DNA of 20,000 nucleotides from Perkinsus olseni (Eukaryota): NCBI GenBank assembly GCA_013115125.1, contig JABANN010000099.1, positions 54,527 to 74,526 of the forward strand, read 5' to 3'. Shown piece by piece: positions 10,001 to 18,900 of this stretch (position 1 is its first letter; each line of letters starts with the position of its first letter). The notes under the pieces were generated by a model. It saw only the letters and a program-made list of their open reading frames with translations, ran no database searches and was not told where the DNA came from. The position numbers and the translations under genes were made by a program.

Positions 10001-13000
10001 GTCACAGATGGAGAGCAGTCACACAGGGAGCGTCAATGGCACACATGAGAGGGAGAGGTGTAGGCGATAGACATCACCTGGTTTCTCATCTTCAGGGTCG
10101 GGGACCATCTCGTACGCACGTTTCTTAACGAAAACATCTCTCTCAAGGCCTTCGGAGTACACAAAGTACCTAGAAAGACGAACAGGGGAGCAACAGCTGG
10201 TAACGAACACCTGAGAGCGACAGGCCGTCCTCAAGAAGACCCCCAGCCTTGCCAGCGATTTTCGACTCATCGGCCCCGAGATTCCAGCGTAATCACGGCG
10301 TGCTCAAGACCACGAAGAAAGGTAAAATGAAGAAATATTCAGCCCACAGAAGAGCTGAGAGTGATCACGGTATTTACGTCGTATCCTGTTTGATATGAGG
10401 GTCCACGATAGTGACCATCTCGCGGCCGCCAGCTTTAAGCTCTTCCAGCATCTCTTTAGGGTGGGGAAAGTACTTATCATTCCACGTATGATACCTGAAC
10501 TCGGTCGTGTGGGGAGCCACTACCACACAAGGCCACTCAGAATTGCTTGCCCCCCCCACCAAGTTTCTCAACGTCCGTGCAACAGCAATATACGACGGCT
10601 GCATTACTACTACCCTCATCAGAAGGAGGAGTGGTCAACGGAAAAAATTCTCGCGCGAAGGAGTATTCACGTAAACCCTACCACACTTCTCCTACTTCTT
10701 ATGGTCAGTATGCTCGATATCGAGCCAGACAACGTCAACAGGAATATTATATTTATCAAAATTGGCCACGAGCTCCCGCACGTCGGCCTCGTCCTGAAAG
10801 AGGCATATCCAACGGCTAAAGCTCCCATGCAATAGCCAACCTTATAGTTCCACCGGCACTGGTGCTTCCCCAGGCTGAAGAGAGGAGGGAGAGGGGCCAA
10901 CCCCGTAAGTGTGTGATAAGACCGTAGTATCTGTGATAGAGGACACTCGTGGATGGGACGGGCGAGAGTATCTTACCCTGTCCGGAGTACGGTGGGGGAA
11001 CAGGAATAGGTCGATGACTCCAGATTCCGAAGCAAACCACGCACTCATCGATGCCGGCTCCGCGGTGGAGCCGCCGGCTGAAACGAGGGGTCGATTGGGA
11101 GCGCTGGACGGAGTTGAACGCGCATCATCATTTTGTCTAAGAATGGTATCCTACAGCCCATGAGCCCCTCTATCAAGGAGCTCCAAGTCCCGGTATCTTT
11201 ACGTTGGGACAGAGAGACGAAAGTGTCGGATGGATTGAGCCAGAGCACGGACGAGGTTGTCGCTTCAGTGGTGACCTCCGATACCTGGAGTCGTTATAGT
11301 AGTAGCATGTGCAGTAGCAGGAGTGCTTACGGTAGTCCTCTTATCGAACTGCTGTATGGCAGTGAGGATAGGGATAGCCCCGTAGATGGCAGCCTGACTG
11401 TCCATCTCGTATTCAAAAACATCGAGATTGAAGAACCTAGCCCAGCGAACATGATGCGCATTTATGACGTGATGCCTTTCAGGATTCAAGTCCTGGCGAG
11501 GTGTACTAGAAGCTATGATTGAGAGGATTATCTGATCTTATCACCAGTGCACCACTGCTGTTCATCGTGAACATCGACCAGGAGTACCAGAGTGAGATCC
11601 AAGACTGCCGTTCCCGAGGCCACGGAGACACCACCAGACTCCTAGATGAGCTCACCGGTAGATGGCGTCATCCTCATCCCCGCCAGGCCTCAACTTCAGC
11701 GCCGTCGAAGCGTGTTCGGGCAGTCCGTAGGCCGCTGGGACACGACCGTGGAAGGTGACATCGAGACCCACCAGAGACGGGCCTGTTCGGGAGACTTCCT
11801 ACCAGCAACCATCCTGTCTTTTCATCTCACCGTAAGGCTTGTGATCGGTGTGGCTGTGGAATATCTCTTCCCAGAGGTCAGTGTGCTCCCCAGGAGAGCA
11901 TGCGGGGTCAACGTAGGAGTCGGGTGGGATGGAGAGCCCATAAGGGCTGCAGCGAAGAAAGTAGGGGTAGGTTGAGCAGAGTGTTTACCATTTATCGTTT
12001 CGCTTATGTCTGGTGCCTTCAACGACCAACTGCTGCTGACCATTTATGGTCTGCACGACGCGACCGTCCACCAAGAGCGTGAGAATCTGAGGTTAAAGCA
12101 TGTTTTAAGAACGGCGGCTCTATGGCGGAACGCAATCGGCTGGAGGAGAACCAATCACCCCGAACGAAGAAAAAAATATCAACCTACCGCTTTGTCGTGA
12201 TCCAGCTCGACCGTGGTTGCGTCACCAAGGTCAAACGAAGAGGTGGCTGCCTGAACCAGAAACGCGGATACTACTCAAGACAGCCTCATCGAGAGCCCAA
12301 CCTTGGCGTCGAATGAATATCTAATCCCTCTGTGCGGCCTGAGCTGGTCTTCGCATATAACGTCATTGGCAGGTACACGATAGCTGAACATACACGTACT
12401 GAGAGGCGCAGAGGACCCCCCTCTCCCTCACCGCTGGCGCACGTCTCTGACAAGCTCCTCGTTCTCATCGATGGTGAAGCGTATAGTGTTGTCATCATAA
12501 AATCGTAACTAGATGACGCGGCGATCGCTCCTCGCCGCTGCAAGTGCTGCGTCACCTCGAAGTTGAGGGGTGCAGAAAATTCCTCCGGCAGAGCTGAGTG
12601 GCGCAACTTCCCTTCGAAAACCGACTGGGAGGTCTCCTCCAACGCTGCCCGTGGCACCTGCTCAGAAGAGACCCTCGACGCTCCCCCATCGGCGGACTTT
12701 TCCAGGCAACCGGAACGCTAGCAGGACTATAGGCGCATCACATCCTCAGTCACGTCCTAACTGTTTAGAACCAGTTCACTCTTCCTCGTCGTATTCGCCT
12801 CTACTCAGCGATCTAATTATGGAGATGTTATCGCTATCGGCCAATAGCGAACTGGAGGCGCTCGACCCAAACTGACCATATAAGGCTTCCTGGTCCCTTC
12901 TGGTAGTCGAGTCCATGACCGATATCTGTCACAGAAGCTGCTCTGCGTACATGTCTTAAACTTGCTCTTGTCAACGGCGATTATGACAGGTAGGAGGGCG

Positions 13001-13017
13001 ATGAACAGGAGCACCAT
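7049..13017 (-). CDS. GANAB: ER neutral alpha-glucosidase II alpha subunit (GH31), ~32-33 exons, with an inserted calnexin/calreticulin P-domain-like segment
   Basis: Hand-spliced open frame. Signal peptide followed by [20 protein letters not shown] (exon 13017-12877). Later motifs: [21 protein letters not shown] (11436-11331), [17 protein letters not shown] (10930-10841), VWLDIEHT (10793-10696), [10 protein letters not shown] (10494-10378), GHCWPG..YPDFTN..VREWW (9662-9550), nucleophile motif [14 protein letters not shown] (9357-9276), [13 protein letters not shown], acid/base motif WTGDN (8698-8606), [22 protein letters not shown] and AEGEIYLDDG. The last exon (7182-7049) ends [26 protein letters not shown]. 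One GC donor at 8457. The exon(s) between 7360 and 7240 are uncertain. Confidence 0.95.
8877..8903. repeat. Short tandem repeat (GACTGAGTCA)x~2.5 in the 305-nt GH31 intron
   Basis: TGACTGAGTCAGACTGAGTCAGACTGAC read directly from the sequence. Confidence 0.85.
9416..9444. repeat. Perfect intronic inverted repeat, 14-bp arms, 1-nt centre
   Basis: CATGATGGATGCTA-T-TAGCATCCATCATG inside GH31 intron 9549-9358. Confidence 0.95.
10533..10634 (-). ncRNA. Candidate intronic box C/D snoRNA
   Basis: In the 201-nt intron 10695-10495: TGATGA (10621-10616) and CTGA (10540-10537) span 85 nt, flanked by CCAC and GTGG. No guide target was identified. Confidence 0.3.
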
Positions 13018-14115
13018 TGCTCTTCGCCCGAAGAGCGTATAAGTAGAGAAAACTAAGAGGGGATCAACGTTCCCCCGACCTTCAGCGAGGAAGGGCTATC
13101 TACGACTCGAGCGACCTCTTCCGACCATGGTGGAATCAGTTTCACTTACGGAAACCCGAGGCGAAGTACGCACTACTACAATCAATGCCGCAAAGGCTGG
13201 CTCTGTGTGCGGCCCGAGAGTAACCACAAGGCCTCCCGAACGCGGATGAAACTTCGACTTCCGCGGCCAGCACGTTCCACTCAGATCGTTCTGACACCTC
13301 CGAGACTTCCGGTCGAGTCATCGGAGTGAGAACTATCAGCTCAAGCTGGTCGTGACGATCTTCGTACGGGGAGCCACCTAGTGCATGCCTGGGGAGCTCT
13401 TCTGATAAGTGTACCACTCACCAGCACTGGATTCTGTGGACGACTGGAGCTGAGGAGCGATCCGACTTCACTTAACTGAGCTGGCCATCGTGAGATTCAT
13501 TATTTTACTTTAATGTCATTTCGCCCACTCCTAAATTGGCTATTCGGCGAAGGTGTCGGGTCGACCGCAACTGCGGCGCGAACGTTTGTGAGTTTTCCGA
13601 AAATAACTCAAGCGAGAGAGGCCTAGCGTCCATGGCCACGCAGAAGGTCACTGAGTTGGGTCACACGAGCCGAGAGGGTACAATTGTCCTCGAGTTACCT
13701 CCGGTATGCAATTCAACAGTCGCAAAACGGGTCCACGGAGAGCAGAGAGCTGTCCCGGCAAAGTTCCTGAACATCGCACCTGAGCATCCTAACATGTCGA
13801 CCGTTCACATAGGGAACGGGTCGAGATGTGCACGCATGCACACGATCGTACGCATTACACATCCCCGTGATCATGGCATGGTTCGACTGAGTTGAAGCTC
13901 GCATCATTTGGTTACGTCAGAGTGGTGGAGCGAAAGTGTGCCTCAGATTGGACACCATTGAAAATGCGCTGAGGCGAGGGACAGGCGTTGTGTCACTCCC
14001 GTCGCAAAAACATCTTCCCTTTGACGTGACGCAAGCGGGGGTGATGCACCGTAAGACTCTTGTTTACTTACGAATGATAGATTTTCTTGAGGGCCTTGCA
14101 AGGTCGAGTGTCTTT

Positions 14116-14138
14116 CTGTAGGCCATCTTTGACTTCAG
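14116..14138 (+). other. Degenerate spliced-leader-like relic and likely trans-splice acceptor directly upstream of the intronless gene
   Basis: CTGTAGGCCATCTTTGACTTCAG aligns to the Perkinsus-type SL CCGTAGCCATCTTGGCTCAAG at 17/21 positions with two 1-nt insertions. It ends 4 nt before the ATG at 14143. Confidence 0.5.
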
Positions 14139-14142
14139 TTCA

Positions 14143-15447
14143 ATGGGTTGCAAACATAGTACTCTTATACTCGAGCCAGTCCCTTTACTGACTCCCGACA
14201 AGGCGACGAGCGAGACACGATCTACTCTGGAGAGCGAGAATAGGGCAGACCGTAATCGGCAGGGGTCTGGGACGTCGAGGATGCTGTCTAAAGGGGTCTC
14301 CAGTGTTGGGCTTTCCGGAGCGGACTCCGGTGGATCTGAATCACCGCCGACCGTGATGGCCCCTACGCCGGAACCTGAAGAGCCTATTAAAATTGCCGCC
14401 GAGTTAAAGCGGCCCGGCTCGGCTGGAGCTCGGGGTTCTGGATCGCCCGGAGGAGACAACCGGGAGCAGTTAGCAGTGGTTCCGCGGGGGGATGAGTCGA
14501 CAGCTGATGGACTCAAGAAGTTGAAGGCACCAGCTGGGAATGACTACTCCAAGTTGTCTAAGTCATTATCATCTGCCAGTTTTGAATCGGCGCTCTCTGG
14601 AGACGAAGAATCGGCTTCCTCGGATGAGAAGAGACTTCGTGTGATCAGCACGGACAAGCTGGTAAAGGAGCTATCTAAGAGGATGGTCGGTGAGGAGGAG
14701 GCCGCCAGGAAAGCGCCGAACCCTATAGCCCAGGTGCAGAGGCTGAGGACCTTTTATGGTTTCCGTAAGAGGGTCAATACATACACGGACTTGTCGCATC
14801 ATCCGAATGATCTTTGGTGGAGCGAGGCTCACAATGATTGCGTCAAAATCACCAACGATATGGGGCCGTCTCCGAGGTTGCTTTCGGAGGTTATCAAGGT
14901 TAGAGTTGTCCGACGGCCGAAGGAGGAGCTCGATTCTGACATGTCGTATTTCTCTGACTACGTATCTATGGGCATGGCGAATCCTGAGCGAAGATATTTT
15001 GTTTTCAAGTTGGGTCTAGGTGACCATATTGTGGTCACACTTTCGGAGGTTTATGATGACGAGGCCTACGAGAACCTTTTCAATGAATATACTCCTGAGC
15101 AAATGCTTATGGAGCGTATGAAGTTTATCACCTGCCCGGCTAACTTGGTCGTACCTGTACCACTACTCGGGCCGAGATCTGCTCAGACGTTGGGGGTTTA
15201 TTTTGGCATGAATAACGTGTCTTGTCAGTATTGCTCTACTCCTTTACCGGACGGAGAAGCACTGCGCTTTGTTTCTGTCTACATTGACATTTACAGCAAG
15301 TGGATTCTGAGGAGGACTATTCCGTCCCTTGCTTTCACCGTTGGAAGAATCAGTGACTTCTTCCTAGTAGACTATGAAAAGGCTCTCATTTACTCAAGCT
15401 TCCGTCTGGTCTGTACGGAGGAAGGAGTTGCATTGATGAACAAGTGA
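14143..15447 (+). CDS. Intronless 434-aa hypothetical protein: N-terminal MGCxxS acylation motif, disordered N-half, folded C-terminal domain (possibly remote EDR2_C/DUF1336-like)
   Basis: This is the longest uninterrupted ORF in the window. It starts MGCKHS, has ~160 S/G/P/E-rich residues, then a globular region. MERMKFI and FVSVYIDIYS loosely recall the RFKLI and YLEVDIDV motifs of EDR2_C, so the domain call is weak. Confidence 0.85.
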   Translation: MGCKHSTLILEPVPLLTPDKATSETRSTLESENRADRNRQGSGTSRMLSKGVSSVGLSGADSGGSESPPTVMAPTPEPEEPIKIAAELKRPGSAGARGSGSPGGDNREQLAVVPRGDESTADGLKKLKAPAGNDYSKLSKSLSSASFESALSGDEESASSDEKRLRVISTDKLVKELSKRMVGEEEAARKAPNPIAQVQRLRTFYGFRKRVNTYTDLSHHPNDLWWSEAHNDCVKITNDMGPSPRLLSEVIKVRVVRRPKEELDSDMSYFSDYVSMGMANPERRYFVFKLGLGDHIVVTLSEVYDDEAYENLFNEYTPEQMLMERMKFITCPANLVVPVPLLGPRSAQTLGVYFGMNNVSCQYCSTPLPDGEALRFVSVYIDIYSKWILRRTIPSLAFTVGRISDFFLVDYEKALIYSSFRLVCTEEGVALMNK

Positions 15448-15856
15448 TGCTAATGATGATGAAGCATCAACCACATCACCATCAACAGCTCGACTCCTCA
15501 CAGTGTAAGATAATGTTACTTTTCTTCTTTTTCGTCTTCGTCGTGGTGGTGGTGATGGATGGCCGATTTAGTAGTGCCACGCCAATGGAGTGTCGTGTAG
15601 CGTTTCCTTGCACCATTATTCGTCGACCATCTCATTACCTTTATCTGTCTATGAGGATCTAGTGTTACCATCCCTGTTGATGGCTGTCAAATTCGCTTCT
15701 TTCCAGCTACTGTACTTCTATCTTTACATAGCTACGAGTCGCTGTCCCACATACACCTCTGCGGTTTTTCATCAACTTCCAGTTCGTCTCGCGTCCACTG
15801 GGGGCTGCCGGGTACGGACTTCGCAACTAGGTTACTCTAATTTGTTTGCACATTCC

Positions 15857-17694
15857 ATGACTGACACTGAGAACACCGAATTCGACAGTACGGCAGCAGC
15901 GGACCAGCTCCAGCGGAAGTTAGAGATCGCTTCAGCTCTTAAGGTTATAAGGGACATATGGGAGGGATTATTCGGCAAGCTCGAGGAATTTTCGTATTAG
16001 GCGGCCTATCAGCGTGGTTCGAACTCGTGCCGTTGCGGTCATAGCGAGCGGCTCCGGATTGTCGCTCGGAATTGATTCTCCTATTCCATAGGTGCCTTTT
16101 GATACAGTTCACCCGGCCAAAGGGGCCGATGGTATGCTTAGCGATCAGTACGAGGCTAAGACTAAAGATGGAGAGCCGTTATTTGTAGTGCAATGGCGCT
16201 GGTTACCTTGGGTCTAGTCGGAATGCAGTGTTCTTCTTCTCCGCACGGAGGGAGTTGGAGGTGCCAACACCTACGGCTGCTCCGTGCGATGCTAGAATTA
16301 TTCAATGAGACGCGGTGGACTTGTGGGCGTTAGATCGCGATTCATTCTGTCGCTTCTCCGACTAGCACAGAGAGTTGATTCGAACGTGGTCTCTGCTTTT
16401 TACCTCATCGGTGTATTAGCTTCGCCCGTCGTGCATCCGACGAAGCACGAATAAAGTTTGAGAAGTGCTTGCCAGGTTAAGTATCTGCCAGCTAAAGGCT
16501 TTGCTCATGACTTTTGTCTAGAGTTGGATGTGTATGGCCGTGAACAGAGCTGTCTAGCATTCTTCAATGAAGCTGGCATTCATGGTAAGCTCAAAGCAGC
16601 GTTGTCAGTACCCCTGCATACTATCTTGTCAGAAAAGCTTCGGGACATCCCCGATTGCCGTTTATACCTCCCTGGGCTCTACTACAGTGATGACAGGATA
16701 ATCGCTATGGATAACTTGGTGAAGTCGCGCAATTTCGAGCCTTATCGCATGGAGGATCCAATGAGTTACTCGCTGGCTGCCGATGTAGTGCCTGGCTGGT
16801 AGGATGAATCTCACGACGTTCTTCGTCACTCAGTGCATCAAAGCTCTGGCGTACTTCCACGCCGTAGTGCCTATCGAAGCAGCCCGTTCCCGTTATCTGA
16901 AGCCGCGAGAGGCGACCCATCACGTTATGGGCAAAATTCTGGATGAAGGGATTGCGTACCTTGAGAAGGCGGGCGACTCATTGATAGGTGAGAGGGGGAT
17001 CCGCGCGGAGAGGTCGTGGGCCGATCGGGGAGTCGTAGATTCGGAAGCCCGAGAGATCGTCGTTAAGAACAGAGACTTTATCCAAGACGTGATGGTCGGC
17101 AATCCGAACAAGCTGACCATAGGCGATGCCATCCTAGTAGTGGCACACGAGGATATGTGGAGCAACAATATCATGACTCATCAGCGGGAGGATGGTAGAC
17201 GTGCTTGATGGTCGAGTCGCATGTAGGGGCTGTGGTAGGTACAATGGAGATCGCCATCGTGGACCATCAGTTCCCGGAGGTTGATACTCCGAGCGTGGAT
17301 ATCGTGTTTTTTATCTTCTGCTCGATGGCTGTTGATGAGAGACGTAATCTTGCCCTCTAGAGGTTCAATAATCACTGACGTGACCACGACGTAGGTGCCC
17401 ACCTGAAAGATCTCGTCCATCTTTACGCTGAGACCTTCGCTGCTGCTTCGAAAGAGTACCCTTCATCCGCGCAAGTGATGGATGATATCTCTTCTCGAAA
17501 TAGTCTTCGACGGGGTGCAGCTAAAGCCATCGGGATGATGATATCAGGCAAGCACTGCAGCTGGAGAGAGGACGAAGAGAGGACCGCCGATTCCCTTGTC
17601 AGGTGGTTGCGATCTCTTCGTTGGACATACGCCCGAAATGAATGAGCGATTCGTTGAGGCTCTGAAAGATCTCACGGAGATGCTAGACTGCTGA
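15857..17694 (+). CDS. Ecdysteroid kinase-like / choline kinase / APH-fold small-molecule kinase, multi-exon
   Basis: Spliced product reads GADGMLSDQY..PLF|VKYLP...VYGREQ...LPGLYYS..IIAMDNL...IKALAYFHA, then the catalytic loop AHEDMWSNNIM (HGDxWxNN type) and IAIVDHQ..TPSVDIVFFIFCS. Introns include 16185-16475 and a probable GC-AG intron at 17548-17602. The exon 1 junction and the stop (17694, or 17645 if the last intron is unspliced) are less certain. Confidence 0.85.
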
Positions 17695-18061
17695 TTATTC
17701 TACTTACCGAGTTTCTAATTTTATGTGACATAAAATATGTTCTCATCCCTGTGGACTTGCGTCGTTAAGTACTCCCGGGAACGAGCGCCTCCTCATTCTC
17801 GTCACACTGGGGCGATGCGTAACTCTCACTATTTGCATGGGAGCGTACTCAAAAGATGTCGGGCAAGTGGAAGCTAACACATACCATACCGATACGATCT
17901 AAGACCACCGTCGCCATGCAACCCTCATAATCGCGATACAAATGCAACATGAGGTTCGAATGCCGTCACGAGTTATCTTTGGAACTGCTCGGAGTCTATC
18001 GTGCTGACTCCGGAGCGTTCATCTCGAACTTCTCCGCGCCCAATCTACTGACCTGGAACGA

Positions 18062-18455
18062 CTAGCATCGCATTTTGTCGCAACAGCCGTGGGCATGCTG
18101 GGAGATAAGCGCTGATTCAAGTGAAACTGATACTGATGGCGCGAATGAAAGCAGCAGCCTCAGGGGTGGGGCCCACCGACCCGCCCAAGCCTGCGAGCGA
18201 TTCTTGGTTTGGCCCTGACTCGGTACCCCAGAGGCCGTCCAGGCGTCCGGGACGATGAACTCGGAGCTTTTCACTGAGGAGTCCTTAGTAGAAACATGTG
18301 ATAAAGAAAGAGAGTCTCACCTTTAGATTACCACCGGCCACCCCGGTGATGGCTGTTCCGCTCTCGGCGCCGTTTGATGTAGCTGGAACACCCGCAGCTG
18401 CGCCTTGGAGGTTGTTAGCGCCGAGGATGCCACCCGCGGTGCCTCCTTCGCCCGA
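18062..18455 (-). CDS. Possible exon fragments of a Gly/Ala-rich hypothetical or decayed gene
   Basis: cttag|SGEGGTAGGILGANNLQGAAAGVPATSNGAESGTAITGVAGGNLK, then a 37-nt pyrimidine-rich intron (gtgaga..ctaag), then DSSVKSSEFIV in frame. No start codon or protein family was recognised. Confidence 0.3.
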
Positions 18456-18900
18456 CTAAGTTATTGCTTCCTGTACTAGACACGCAACGAGTGTCCTCGT
18501 ACTTTGTACAACAGGTAGGAGTACACATGGCTGCTGAGTATTAAGGGCAAGCCCCGAGCCTGTTCCCTCACTCTGGGCCTCACGTCACGTGACTCACGTG
18601 CCCTTTTCCGCTAGTTGGGCGCAGAATCGCCGTGGATCGTGGGCTGGGTTGCCCGAGGCTTGAAGCATAGTTGAGGGCTGTAGCTTCATGAAGGCGGTGC
18701 GAGAGAATCATGCAATACTAATGATCGAGTTGTACGGCGTTGGTAGACGGTGAGCTGTCTATTTCTTGAACGCATTTGGTGACCGCGCAGCGATCGATGT
18801 CCACCTACAGCTGAATGGCAATGAACAATGGACCGAGTGCGGGGACCTCGGCGAGGTCACCTCGCAGCAAGGAACTGAATCAATTCAGTTGGCTCACTCC

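Noticed and set aside
4237-12875. Numerous plus-strand ORFs from the track (e.g. 4237-4653, 10395-10835, 11133-11522)
   Set aside because: They are antisense shadows of the minus-strand P4H and GH31 exons and carry no recognisable motifs.
13272-13334. U3 or C/D-like stem (CGATGA...CTGAGTGG) on the minus strand
   Set aside because: The C-to-D span is only ~46 nt, the C box is imperfect and no U3 A/B boxes are present.
15444-15662. 72-aa ORF with M/H/F/V runs
   Set aside because: It is trinucleotide low-complexity sequence in the probable 3' UTR.
16184-16212. U1-like motifs (CATTGCAC on minus, TTACCT on plus)
   Set aside because: The motifs lie on opposite strands, with no Sm site or U1 architecture.
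18889-18896. TTGGCTCA as an SL relic upstream of GH31 copy 2
   Set aside because: It is only 8 nt, the same 8-mer occurs at ~1134, and the gene is intron-rich.
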